Part shown: positions 19,405 through 29,501 of the stretch, piece after piece | Position numbering within the stretch: position 1 is the first letter of the stretch | Layout: every line of letters begins with the position of its first letter | Virus record (IMG/VR): IMGVR_UViG_3300033148_006706 | Span: 64,001-128,000 of that record | Strand: one strand, 5' to 3' | Length of the DNA stretch: 64,000 bases | Origin: a virus | The notes under the pieces: generated by a model | Database searches by the model: none | What the model was told of the DNA's origin: nothing | Seen by the model: only the letters and a program-made list of their open reading frames with translations | Made by a program: the position numbers and the translations under genes

Positions 19405-20619
19405 TTAGGAGGATTTATCTACTCTCTCAACCGAAGGGGCTAAGAGTTCTGGAACTGACAATTTTTTTCCATTCTTTTCGATACAAGCCACTAAATATCT
19501 TTTATATGATGTGGCCTGTTTATGACGTACACCATTCCTTATACGATAATTTTCCATAAATTCCATATTCTCAATTCTGTTAATTGCGTCATCTACTGTC
19601 TCATTGGCCTCGATAGTTGTTAGAATATATCCTTTATAATCATTATTAATATGTTGCCAATTTGCTTTTCGATATAATACTGAAAAATTTTCTAAATATT
19701 TTACTCCATCGTTTTCAGTAAGCCCATATTCATTTTCTAACCAATAATTGTAATAATCTTCTTTTTCTTCATATTCCTCCTCTCTATCTGCATCATCATC
19801 ATATATAAGATAATCACCATCAGATACAAAATAATCTTTAATTTTAGTATTTTTCCAATCTTCGATAATCTTCACTACTTCATACTTACATACTCTCATT
19901 TTAGCATTATTATAGTCTGCTGGTACAGTTACTACATCCTTTGGATTAACTTTTACTAATACAGTTACATCCCTTTCCGATTCTAATGTACCGTAGTAAA
20001 GCAAATAATTATAACTACATACATGAAAGCCATAAGAACATGTCATATATCTATCAGGATCAACTTTGTCCCTATCCATTTCAATTATTTCACCTGGAGA
20101 ATTATTTATACTCCTGGTATAAATGTCAACCAATATGCCCTCTTCATTCCTTATTACTTTCTTATAAGCTAAGAAACATCCATCCTCAGTAATTGGTAAA
20201 TTGTTGTGTTCTAAAAACAAATACAATTCGTTTACACTTTGTGGAGAGGGATTTTCCATCATGTTTTCAATAAACTTTACAATACTCTTCCAATCTCCTT
20301 GTTGATCAATAACTTCTTCAAGTCTGTCAACAATAGCGGATCTTATCACTGTATCTTTATACTTGATAAGCCCATTTTCAATGGTGATTGGACTATCTTT
20401 CAGATAATTTTCAAATTTTACTTTTCTGTCCAGTAGTTTCTTAAGACTTTGAACTAAACGACTAACGGAATCCTCATCCTCCCATTGATCAAAAGCAAGT
20501 AGCATGTGACTTACTGGCTTGTAGTTATCTTCGGTAGAATGAACAGCATAAGATACACCGTCCATATACAACTGAATTTCATCCTTTGTCATAAAAAACT
20601 GCAATCTGTTCTTATTCAT
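19405..20619 (-). CDS. rIIB: rIIB-like protein
   Basis: NPS...ELYLFLEHNNLPITEDGCFLAYKKV, CSYGFHV, VKVNPKDVVTVPADYNNAKMRVCKY. Confidence 0.9.
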   Translation of the reverse strand: MNKNRLQFFMTKDEIQLYMDGVSYAVHSTEDNYKPVSHMLLAFDQWEDEDSVSRLVQSLKKLLDRKVKFENYLKDSPITIENGLIKYKDTVIRSAIVDRLEEVIDQQGDWKSIVKFIENMMENPSPQSVNELYLFLEHNNLPITEDGCFLAYKKVIRNEEGILVDIYTRSINNSPGEIIEMDRDKVDPDRYMTCSYGFHVCSYNYLLYYGTLESERDVTVLVKVNPKDVVTVPADYNNAKMRVCKYEVVKIIEDWKNTKIKDYFVSDGDYLIYDDDADREEEYEEKEDYYNYWLENEYGLTENDGVKYLENFSVLYRKANWQHINNDYKGYILTTIEANETVDDAINRIENMEFMENYRIRNGVRHKQATSYKRYLVACIEKNGKKLSVPELLAPSVERVDKSS

Positions 20620-20641
20620 TTTATTTATCCTCCTAATATAT

Positions 20642-20670
20642 AATATATATTTTTTATTGATAGTTTTTAA
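20642..20670 (-). promoter_or_regulatory. Putative middle-type promoter TTAAAA-N17-TATATT
   Basis: Same bipartite motif with exact 17-nt spacer at five gene starts. Confidence 0.5.
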
Positions 20671-22891
20671 GTAAATCTATCAATATCTTCACATTTTCTT
20701 CTTTTATTCCTACTCCATAATAGTCCTCTATTGAATCCTTGTCCACTATTTTTAATATCGGGTATTTATCTTCTACCTTTTTAAGCAAATCGCTTGTTTT
20801 TATAAACATTTCCGATAATTTTTTATTATTTAATACATCAAATTCATCTACAGAATATTCAAAATCGTATATTATTTTTTTCAAATTCTTTAAATCCCTC
20901 TCAATTTCCGGTATACTACCTTTTCCTTTTTTTCTATTAATTAACTCTTTCACATCTTTGTCACTCTCAAATACTTTTTTATCACAATCGTCAACTATCT
21001 CTAGTATAGTTACAAGTTTTCTTTCAATATATGATAAGGATTTATCATGATGCATTAAAAAACTTGTATATCCATATTGTTTTATAGCTTTAGAGCTATT
21101 AAATTTTTCTTTCAATAATACTTCTATTGATTTAAAGAATGGTTTGAATTTTGTTAATTTTTTAAATCTTTTCGTGTTAATTTCGTATCCATTAATTACA
21201 AATATTGGAATACTGTCATTAAGCACTTCAAGACTTTTCAAAATATCTAATTTTAAATTAGGAACTCTTCTATTTTCATCTCTAACATCTTTATACGAAT
21301 TTCTATATCTTATTACATAGTATAACTGTGAATTATTCTTGTATATATCACTTTCTAGCAATTCTTTATATGTAAAACTTTTATTTATGCCATCGCAGTT
21401 ATGTAAAATAGTATAAAATCTATTACTATCTTTATTTTCTGTAGCAGAAGAGTCTGTTTTACTTCTCTCTCTACCTGGTTTTCTTATATATTTAAGTTCA
21501 CTTATCTTATTTAGCTCTCCATCAACTCCCAATTTTTGAATATAATCTTCTGGAATGACTAATGCATGAAAGTTATATTGTCTCATGTTTTGTTTTAATT
21601 TGTATATTCCGCTATTTGGATTATTTTCATCATTTATAAAAATTTTTGTCTTAGGAGACCCGATTTCACTATAAGAAATAAATGAATTTAAAACAGATGA
21701 TTTTAAAACTACTCTATCTTCATAAGTATCATAAAAAGAACCTTTTTTTTGAACTTTAAAAAATTTTATTTTCTTTCTATCATCACTATTATCTATTTCC
21801 AATGCCTTTTGTAAAGGTTTTCCTTTATACCAAACGTTTCTATTAATAAAATCACGAAAAAAATCAACTTTAGAAACGATAGTATAGTAACTTCTAATCA
21901 CTTCTAACAATGTCTTATTATCACTGAAATATTCTTCTTGAATTTCATCTTGAACTTTCTTTACAATTTCTTTTAATTTTAATATAAGATTATTTACAGT
22001 TCGTGTATCTAATGAAAGCGCCTCCCTACTTGGGGCAATATCAAGCTTACCAATTGGAAATTCTATCACTATAAGTAAACTACGAAGAAAATGCGTAATG
22101 ATAGTCTTAAGCTCATTGTTTAAAAGATTGCTATCAGATATCAACCCCGATTTTGATAACGAATCAACTCTATATTCAACGTTCCCTTGCACAGCAATAA
22201 GACCGTTGTTATATCGTCCTTTATATATTCTCCAATCACTTCCTTTAAATATAGCATCTTTAGGGTATTCAAGTGGAGCAAAATCACCTTCTCCACCTAT
22301 AACTCTTGGCTTAATCCGAAAGGGGCGAAATACTTCTTTAGCGTTTGCCTCCCACATGTAAAAGTCTCCCTTATCTACTTCAACTTGTACTTTAACTCCA
22401 TTATGCTCAGAAGTACTCATCTCTGTTACTTTTGAAATACAAGGAATGTTTTCCTCATTAAGATAACAGGCATAGATTTTCTTTTCCCCATTATATACCG
22501 ACTCAACAGTAAAGGATTCCTTATACGCAAAAGGAGATTTACTCCCCAAACCCAAGACACCCACAAAGTCATTGCTTTCAGTTTTATCGCTTCCAAAATA
22601 GCTACTGTATAACGATAAAACTTTTTCCTCACTCATTCCTGTACCATAGTCTTTAACATAGAAGTATGGTTCAAGGGAATTAGGAAGATGCACTTCAAAT
22701 GGTTCTCTTTCTTTACCTGCCTCTACATGTGAATCGTATGCATTGGTAGAGAGCTCACGAATAACAGCCTTTATTTTATTTGTATATAATTTATCTGAGA
22801 GAATTTGAAAAGCTTTTGGACTGGCAGTGATAGAAAAATTCTGCCCTTGGAGATTAGTTTTTACATTCTTTTTCTTAATCACTAATTGCAT
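20654..22891 (-). CDS. rIIA: rIIA-like protein (N-terminal GHKL/Hsp90-like ATPase)
   Basis: LYTNKIKAVIRELSTNAYDSH, DYGTGMS, GVLGLGSKSPFAY, PSREALS; adjacent to rIIB. Confidence 0.9.
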   Translation of the reverse strand: MQLVIKKKNVKTNLQGQNFSITASPKAFQILSDKLYTNKIKAVIRELSTNAYDSHVEAGKEREPFEVHLPNSLEPYFYVKDYGTGMSEEKVLSLYSSYFGSDKTESNDFVGVLGLGSKSPFAYKESFTVESVYNGEKKIYACYLNEENIPCISKVTEMSTSEHNGVKVQVEVDKGDFYMWEANAKEVFRPFRIKPRVIGGEGDFAPLEYPKDAIFKGSDWRIYKGRYNNGLIAVQGNVEYRVDSLSKSGLISDSNLLNNELKTIITHFLRSLLIVIEFPIGKLDIAPSREALSLDTRTVNNLILKLKEIVKKVQDEIQEEYFSDNKTLLEVIRSYYTIVSKVDFFRDFINRNVWYKGKPLQKALEIDNSDDRKKIKFFKVQKKGSFYDTYEDRVVLKSSVLNSFISYSEIGSPKTKIFINDENNPNSGIYKLKQNMRQYNFHALVIPEDYIQKLGVDGELNKISELKYIRKPGRERSKTDSSATENKDSNRFYTILHNCDGINKSFTYKELLESDIYKNNSQLYYVIRYRNSYKDVRDENRRVPNLKLDILKSLEVLNDSIPIFVINGYEINTKRFKKLTKFKPFFKSIEVLLKEKFNSSKAIKQYGYTSFLMHHDKSLSYIERKLVTILEIVDDCDKKVFESDKDVKELINRKKGKGSIPEIERDLKNLKKIIYDFEYSVDEFDVLNNKKLSEMFIKTSDLLKKVEDKYPILKIVDKDSIEDYYGVGIKEENVKILIDLLKNYQ

Positions 22892-22929
22892 TTTAAGTCC
22901 CTCCTAATCATTTATTGTTATCTATTAAT

Positions 22930-22958
22930 AATATATAAATTTTTGCCAATTTTTTTAA
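22930..22958 (-). promoter_or_regulatory. Putative middle-type promoter TTAAAA-N17-TATATT
   Basis: Upstream of rIIA. Confidence 0.5.
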
Positions 22959-22975
22959 ATTTTTTTTTAAAAAAT

Positions 22976-23956
22976 TTATTTTTTTAAACGCCGTCTTATT
23001 TTCTTTTCTATTCTTCCTGGCACATCTCCTACATAATCTTTCTCAATTTCCCTCACAATTTCTTTTTCTACCGTAGATTCTTCATTTTTTATAATAGGAG
23101 AGGATTCTATTTTTTCCCTTTTAGGTTCTGCTAGAGCAGCAGGTTTCAGTTTTACACGTTTCTCATCTTTTTTACTTTTCTTTTTAATCCCTTTATTTTT
23201 TCTTTTATCGCTATTATAAAACTCTATTGATACATTACCCGCTACCATAAGCAGTACAGCAAAGGGGTCAAATACAACACATAGAAGAATAATAAGAACA
23301 CGAGCTGCATTATCATAAAAATCTTGCGCATTTTTTTCTCCATAAATAATCATTGCTATATATTTAACTGGGCCTACGTTCACTTCATAAGACTCCTTTT
23401 CATTTTTTAACTTATAAATTTGATCTTGATACTGAGCAATATTATCTTCTGCTTGTTTAATACGATTTCTTAATTCAATTCTTTCGCTTTCCTGTTCCTC
23501 TCTTTTTTTCAAAGCTATCGTTATAACATTTAAATCAATATAACTTTGTAAAGCGTCATCTAATAAATTAATATCTTTTTGAGCTCGATCTATTTCTCTC
23601 CGTTCACGTTTAATTAAGTTTTCAAGTCTTTCTATTTCATTATCATATCGGATTGCTACAACTCTTTGTCCTACATAAGCTTTTGACAAATATCCAAAAA
23701 TCCCAATAGTTGAAATAATAATAAGAATAATAATAGCAATAAAGAAATAAACTTTGATAAGATTTTTAGATTTTTTCCATGTACTATAGAGCCAGAGAGT
23801 GGCAGATATTTTAGCCAACTCCATAGAGGCGCCCATTATCGTAACTCCCCATAAAGCGCCGCTAAATATGGTGCGTATACCTGTAATAGAGAAAATTGCT
23901 GATATAATAGAAAGAACAACAGCAGATATTATTGAGAGAATCCCTATTATAGGCAT
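22976..23956 (-). CDS. Membrane protein with central coiled coil
   Basis: N-terminal TMs, coiled coil, C-terminal TM with FDP motif; ACTAATAT 5 nt upstream. Confidence 0.65.
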   Translation of the reverse strand: MPIIGILSIISAVVLSIISAIFSITGIRTIFSGALWGVTIMGASMELAKISATLWLYSTWKKSKNLIKVYFFIAIIILIIISTIGIFGYLSKAYVGQRVVAIRYDNEIERLENLIKRERREIDRAQKDINLLDDALQSYIDLNVITIALKKREEQESERIELRNRIKQAEDNIAQYQDQIYKLKNEKESYEVNVGPVKYIAMIIYGEKNAQDFYDNAARVLIILLCVVFDPFAVLLMVAGNVSIEFYNSDKRKNKGIKKKSKKDEKRVKLKPAALAEPKREKIESSPIIKNEESTVEKEIVREIEKDYVGDVPGRIEKKIRRRLKK

Positions 23957-23978
23957 AATATATTAGTTAACGGAGGTT

Positions 23979-24434
23979 TTAAAAAGTCTCTATGACATCA
24001 ATTTCTCGTATCTTCTCCTCCAATTTCTCTCGTAATATATTCTTACTTTTGCGATAACTTGTATCTCTAGAATCGATATAATAAAGTAACTCATATATCT
24101 GCTCACCTGTCAGCTCGATAAATATATCATGTGGTTGCATCAACAATTTTAAAGTATCTCGGCTAACGAGTCTAAAATCATTTCTTTTACAAGGGCCTAG
24201 AAATCCTAAATCTCCATTTAGAATATCCACCCCCATAAACCCTTCTTCTTCTGAAATATTCAATGCCGGATTTTCAGTCCACACTACACGACCTATAATT
24301 TCTCCGTTTGTAACTATGTCTCCAGTTTTAAATTGAATATGAGGGGTCTTTTTATACTCTTCGATTTGTTTTCTTTTATATTCCTCTTCTAATTTATCTA
24401 TAGCATCTCTTAATTTTTGAAAAATTTCTTCCAT
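23979..24434 (-). CDS. Hypothetical protein
   Basis: AGGAG RBS; N-terminus duplicated at 24681-24761. Confidence 0.6.
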   Translation of the reverse strand: MEEIFQKLRDAIDKLEEEYKRKQIEEYKKTPHIQFKTGDIVTNGEIIGRVVWTENPALNISEEEGFMGVDILNGDLGFLGPCKRNDFRLVSRDTLKLLMQPHDIFIELTGEQIYELLYYIDSRDTSYRKSKNILREKLEEKIREIDVIETF

Positions 24435-24700
24435 ATTTTACTCCTGTTTTTAATTTTTATTTTTCTTTCTAATCGTTCTTGAAATCCGATAAGAGCTAAA
24501 GCAAATTCCAGCACAAAATATTCTCTTGCAATATCTGTGTTACTATAAAACCGTTCTCCTAATATCCGATTATTAATAGCTTCGGTGATTTGATTAATAT
24601 CCTGAATGAATGCGATTTCATTATCTTCTGACAATTCCTGTAAAAATGAAAAACCAACAGTAAACAATACCATTAGAATTTCACATATAATCTTTTGCAT
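24410..24700 (-). pseudogene. Truncated duplicate of 24784..25194
   Basis: Near-identical over the first ~77 codons, then jumps to downstream intergenic sequence. Confidence 0.65.
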
Positions 24701-24783
24701 ATTTATACTCCCCTTCTAATTTGTCTATAGCATCTCTTAATCTTTGAAAAATTTCTTCCATATTTTACTCCTGTTTTTAATTT

Positions 24784-25194
24784 TTATTCCCCTTCCCAAA
24801 CTTTCTCTTTTAATACCTCTTTAAGAGTTACATTATGCCAATTAATATTTTCTTTCCTATACTCATCGAAAAGGTATTCTACCATGTAGCCCAATATTCT
24901 TGATATTTTAATATCGTTTATCATTTCGATTTTATTTTCCTCACTTAAAAAACCGTAATTATCAATTCGTTCTTGAAATTCAATAAGAGCTAAAGCAAAT
25001 CCCAGCACAAAATATTCTCTTGCAATATCTGTGCTACTATAAAACCGTTCTCCTAATATCCGATTATTAATAGCTTCGGTGATTTGATTAATATCCTGAA
25101 TGAATGCGATTTCATCATCTTCTGACAATTCTTGTGAAAATGAAAAACCAACAATAAACAATACCATTAGAATTACACACATAATCTTTTTCAT
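24784..25194 (-). CDS. Hypothetical exported protein
   Basis: Signal-peptide-like MKKIMCVILMVLFIVGFSFS. Confidence 0.6.
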   Translation of the reverse strand: MKKIMCVILMVLFIVGFSFSQELSEDDEIAFIQDINQITEAINNRILGERFYSSTDIAREYFVLGFALALIEFQERIDNYGFLSEENKIEMINDIKISRILGYMVEYLFDEYRKENINWHNVTLKEVLKEKVWEGE

Positions 25195-25221
25195 ATTTAT
25201 ACTCCTTTGTCTTTAAATTTT

Positions 25222-25407
25222 TTATAAGTTTTCTATATTGATCAATTCTCCATGCTCAGCATTAAAATCAAATCTTCTTCCTTCTGCATAGATACTATTA
25301 TCAATAATTTTAAAATTGCTGTTTAACAGCACAAATAAGGCTTTAAATTTTTCAAAGTCATTACTTAAACCGCTAATTTTAATAATTTCACTTGGTACTC
25401 TCATCAT
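25222..25407 (-). CDS. Hypothetical protein
   Basis: Coupled by ATGA overlap. Confidence 0.45.
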   Translation of the reverse strand: MMRVPSEIIKISGLSNDFEKFKALFVLLNSNFKIIDNSIYAEGRRFDFNAEHGELINIENL

Positions 25408-25616
25408 ATTACCCCCTTACTATCATTTATTTGAAATTTACCACAATAATCTTCCGCTCCGTATGTTACAGGAAACCGCTCGGGATTTCTTGTAACATTT
25501 GATATCGTAACAGATATCGCAGGAGGATTAAACCTGCATTCTCCTATTTTCTTATTATTTAATTTTTGTTTCCAATATAAACAATCTTTACATGTATACC
25601 TGCTCATAAATTTCAC
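25404..25616 (-). CDS. Small Cys-rich phage protein
   Basis: CKDCLYW...GECRFNPP...DYCGKF. Confidence 0.55.
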   Translation of the reverse strand: MKFMSRYTCKDCLYWKQKLNNKKIGECRFNPPAISVTISNVTRNPERFPVTYGAEDYCGKFQINDSKGVI

Positions 25617-26245
25617 ACCCCCATTACTTTTTTAAGAGTTTCTTCAACATTATTTCCGGGAATTACTCTATTAAAATTATACTTTTGAGACAAATACTCG
25701 TATGCAATTCTTACTCTTTGAATAGATTCTGTATCCATGTTTTCGTATATATCATTTACGTTTTTTTCTTCTTTTATATCAGCAATTTGAAAAGGGAAAT
25801 AAAATACCATATCAGGTTCAAGATTCAGAACTGATATTTTACTTAAAAAGTATGAAAGTTGTAAATCTTTATCCAGATCATATTTATATATAATTTGCTT
25901 CCCATACAATTGATAAGCAAATGTACTATACCACCACCGGTCACAAATTACGGTTTTCCCATCTTTTAAAGCGGGCAATACTATCTTAGTGACATGCTCT
26001 ACTTTATCAGCAAGAAATAGAAAAAAATTTGTTAAATCATGAATTTGCCAACGCTTATCCTTGCATAAACTCCTAAGCAAGGGGGCTAAAATACCATAAT
26101 TATCATCCCCAGGTTGAAATGTAAATATCGCTTTAATTCCTGTATTATTTAAATATTTTACCATCGCTCTAGCAACAGATGTCTTGCCTGTTTTATCTAT
26201 TCCCTCGAATACTATTAGCTTATTTCTAAATTTATCTAGTTTCAT
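25613..26245 (-). CDS. tmk: Thymidylate (dTMP) kinase
   Basis: P-loop FEGIDKTGKT, ICDRWWYSTFAYQ, EPD motif. Confidence 0.9.
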   Translation of the reverse strand: MKLDKFRNKLIVFEGIDKTGKTSVARAMVKYLNNTGIKAIFTFQPGDDNYGILAPLLRSLCKDKRWQIHDLTNFFLFLADKVEHVTKIVLPALKDGKTVICDRWWYSTFAYQLYGKQIIYKYDLDKDLQLSYFLSKISVLNLEPDMVFYFPFQIADIKEEKNVNDIYENMDTESIQRVRIAYEYLSQKYNFNRVIPGNNVEETLKKVMGV

Positions 26246-26293
26246 CTATATTATTCCCCGTCTTTAAAAATGGCGCTATTCTTTAATAATAAT

Positions 26294-26322
26294 AATATAT
26301 ACTTTTTTTAAAAAAATTTAAA
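26294..26322 (-). promoter_or_regulatory. Putative middle-type promoter TTTAAA-N17-TATATT
   Basis: Upstream of tmk. Confidence 0.5.
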
Positions 26323-27238
26323 CTAAGAAGTCAGGATATCCTCTGACAAAACATATTCTATCTAAACCAAATTCATCTATTATTTCCTGAAATCGCCTTC
26401 TAAAGGATACGCCACTTTTATACTTTGTGTATAGATCGCCTCCTCCGAAATCAAACCCTGATAAAAATATTTTGTCAAAACCTTCATACAATGCCTGTAA
26501 AATCCAAAAATACCCCGTATTACCTTTTCTATCATTATAGTAAAATACATTATTCCCTCTTGTACTATATAAACTAAACTTTTTACTTTTATAATTTTGT
26601 ATTTCTCTAAAAAGTTTCTTATCCAATACTCCAATACGAGTAAATGGCAAATCTTCTTTATATGCATGGTTACACCCCCATAGCTCGCCTTTCCAATTTT
26701 GTATAAAAGAAATATCAGGCTCCTCTGTCCTGGTTACCCCGTTACCTAAAATGAGCACCTTATTAGAGAAATCATTATATATGGTTTCCCCATACAATTT
26801 TACTTCTTCTTGTATAATTCCATCATAATCATTCTCTATAAAATATATATTATCACTAAAATTAAAATCATGAGATAGCTTCTGTAAATCCCGTATCCAG
26901 TTAGCTTTATTCTTCTTTTCGTGATTGGTTCTTCCTAGGTTAATTCCGCAAATATAGATATTCTTATATTCCTCGGTTAATGCATGATAAATGGCAAAAG
27001 AAAATAAATTGAGATTAGAACCATCCGTATTACATAATATATCAAAATTTTTACCAAATTCTCTTTTATACTCCTGCGCTTTAAACAAGCCAAGATTATC
27101 TACAAATATTTTACTAAATTGAATTGATTTATCTAGAAAACGAAAATTGAATCCCCATATTTCCTCTTTCCATTCTTTAACAAATTGTTTAGATTCTTTA
27201 CATAGATTATCGTTGCCGAGAATTAGGATACTTTTCAT
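26318..27238 (-). CDS. Tandem-domain Maf/GT42-like putative nonulosonate transferase (paralog 3)
   Basis: Two copies of ILG(N)...W.xN...IxxxG(F/I)(D/N)xG module; the first is degenerate. Confidence 0.5.
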   Translation of the reverse strand: MKSILILGNDNLCKESKQFVKEWKEEIWGFNFRFLDKSIQFSKIFVDNLGLFKAQEYKREFGKNFDILCNTDGSNLNLFSFAIYHALTEEYKNIYICGINLGRTNHEKKNKANWIRDLQKLSHDFNFSDNIYFIENDYDGIIQEEVKLYGETIYNDFSNKVLILGNGVTRTEEPDISFIQNWKGELWGCNHAYKEDLPFTRIGVLDKKLFREIQNYKSKKFSLYSTRGNNVFYYNDRKGNTGYFWILQALYEGFDKIFLSGFDFGGGDLYTKYKSGVSFRRRFQEIIDEFGLDRICFVRGYPDFLV

Positions 27239-28392
27239 ATTAAAAAATCGGGCTGTTTTCCAATGAATGACATATTCTTAATCCCAAATTCTTTACTAAC
27301 AGATAAAAACTGTTTTTTAAATAGCGCCCCATTTTGTTCACTGGAATTATAAATATTTGAATTATCAAAATCAAATCCTCCTAAAACAATCTCTTCAAAT
27401 TCTTCATAAATAGCCTGTAAAACAAGAAGAATTCCTGTACTCCAATTTCTCTGTTCTTTGAATAGAAAGACTCCCAATTGCTTATTTTCATATTCTTCAA
27501 ATCCATCAAACTTTAAAGTAAATATATCATAATCATAATTATTGTTAAGCTTATATTGAAGCGCCTTATCAACCATATATTTTTCTCTACAGCCAACTGC
27601 TTTAATAGTCCTTACATTTTCCACTTCTCTATATGCTTCATTACATACCCATATCCTATGTCGCCACTTATTTATAAATTTTTTAACTGATGGTTGTAGA
27701 CGAGATTTGCCATTCCCCAATATTAAAACTTTTTCATTTAATACAATATGAGCGTTCTTATTATTTACCTCAAGATGATTTATCCCCTTTAAATACAATT
27801 TTGCATAATAATCTGAAGGCTCATCACTCATAATAAAAGGCTTATGATCCTTCCCTATAAATATTACTTTATCCAGTCCAAGCTCATCTCGTATAAGTCG
27901 CCAATTCCTTACCCATTTCTCCTTATTCTTTATATGATGATTTTGTACATATATATCTTTTCCACCTAGATCAAATCCAATTACATAAATTTTATCATAT
28001 CCTTTTATTATAGCCCTTGCTACCAAGGTACTGCCAGAGTCTTTAATAAATAATCCAGGAATATCAATCATTTCTACACCCGGAAGCGTTTTAGCTTTTG
28101 GATTTTTTCCAAATATGCGATATTTACCCCCGTATCTTTTTTTATATTCTACAATTTCTTTTAATGCCGATATATCGCCAATTATTAAATCTAATCTTGG
28201 AAGCGAACCGTTATAGTATTCTAAATAAGCTGAATTACAGGCCCAAATTTCCCCGCTCCATTTTTGTATAAAATCCTGATGTTCTAATCTTGATATTCCA
28301 TTTCCAACAATAAGCACTTCTTTTATTTTTTTTATAGAATTCTGGTGGCTGTTATTTAAATTTTTATTTTCAATAATTGAAGGATTTTTCAT
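27235..28392 (-). CDS. Tandem-domain Maf/GT42-like putative nonulosonate transferase (paralog 2)
   Basis: VLIVGNGISR...WACN...SG...IYVIGFDLGG module present twice. Confidence 0.55.
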   Translation of the reverse strand: MKNPSIIENKNLNNSHQNSIKKIKEVLIVGNGISRLEHQDFIQKWSGEIWACNSAYLEYYNGSLPRLDLIIGDISALKEIVEYKKRYGGKYRIFGKNPKAKTLPGVEMIDIPGLFIKDSGSTLVARAIIKGYDKIYVIGFDLGGKDIYVQNHHIKNKEKWVRNWRLIRDELGLDKVIFIGKDHKPFIMSDEPSDYYAKLYLKGINHLEVNNKNAHIVLNEKVLILGNGKSRLQPSVKKFINKWRHRIWVCNEAYREVENVRTIKAVGCREKYMVDKALQYKLNNNYDYDIFTLKFDGFEEYENKQLGVFLFKEQRNWSTGILLVLQAIYEEFEEIVLGGFDFDNSNIYNSSEQNGALFKKQFLSVSKEFGIKNMSFIGKQPDFLI

Positions 28393-29501
28393 GCTATATA
28401 TTTTTCTCTATTTAAGAATTTTGGTTGCCCCTCAACAAATTTAATTTTATTTACATTAAACCAGCATCTTATTAAATTCATCTGTTTTCTATACGTTAGC
28501 CCTTCTACCGCCCTGTTCTTATAGATATGATCTCCCCCAAAATCAAAACCACTTAACCATATCATATCATACTCTTCATACAAAGCTTGTACTAAAAGAA
28601 GCATGCCCGTTTTAAAAGAATTAGTATAAAACAGCTTAACATCTTTGTTGACTTTTTCTATAGTATAAACATCATAATCAAGATTATGCTTCTCTTTAAA
28701 CTCAAGCATATCAAAAACTAAATGCGTAAACCTGGTTCCTACTCTATCAATTCTATTAAGATTATTATATTCTCTGTAATATGCATCATTACAAACCCAT
28801 ATTTCTTCTCTCCAATTTTTTATAAATCTTCTATTAAGAGAATTCTCTCTACTTCTTCCATTTCCTAAAATAAGCACGTTATTAGTTCTTTTAACATTCT
28901 CTTCTTGATAACTTTTTACAGGATAATTAACAAAAAAGTTTTCTTTTAAATGATCTTCTCCATTCATATATTTTCTAGCATAACTATTTATAGGCATCTC
29001 ACTTAATATGAAAGGCTTATGATCTATTCCCACAAAATGAATTCTTTCTAATCCAAACACCCTTGCTATTTTTCTCCAATTATCCACCCATTTACTTTTA
29101 TTTCTTCTTTCATGATTTTTTACATATATATCTTTTCCGCCCAGATCAAATCCTACTAAAAATATCTTACCATAATTTTCATATAATGCCTTTACAACAA
29201 GCGTTGACCCGGAATCTTTAATATATCTTTCTGGAATTTCAACTTTTTTTACTTCTGGTATACTTAATGCTTTTGTATTTTTACATAATAATTTATAATT
29301 TAATTTATATCTTTTTTTAGCTCTATAAGCTTCTTTTAATGCATCCTTATCTCCTATTAGAATATCTATTCTTGGAATTTTTTTATCAATCAGGTCTTTA
29401 AAAGCCCAATTGCAAGTCCAAATTTCTCCTTGCCATTTTTGTATAAAATCCTGATGTTCTAATCTTGATATTCCGTTACCTATAATAAGAACTTCTTTCA
29501 C
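28389..29501 (-). CDS. Tandem-domain Maf/GT42-like putative nonulosonate transferase (paralog 1)
   Basis: VLIIGNGISR...WTCN...SG...IFLVGFDLGG module present twice. Confidence 0.55.
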   Translation of the reverse strand: MKEVLIIGNGISRLEHQDFIQKWQGEIWTCNWAFKDLIDKKIPRIDILIGDKDALKEAYRAKKRYKLNYKLLCKNTKALSIPEVKKVEIPERYIKDSGSTLVVKALYENYGKIFLVGFDLGGKDIYVKNHERRNKSKWVDNWRKIARVFGLERIHFVGIDHKPFILSEMPINSYARKYMNGEDHLKENFFVNYPVKSYQEENVKRTNNVLILGNGRSRENSLNRRFIKNWREEIWVCNDAYYREYNNLNRIDRVGTRFTHLVFDMLEFKEKHNLDYDVYTIEKVNKDVKLFYTNSFKTGMLLLVQALYEEYDMIWLSGFDFGGDHIYKNRAVEGLTYRKQMNLIRCWFNVNKIKFVEGQPKFLNREKYIA

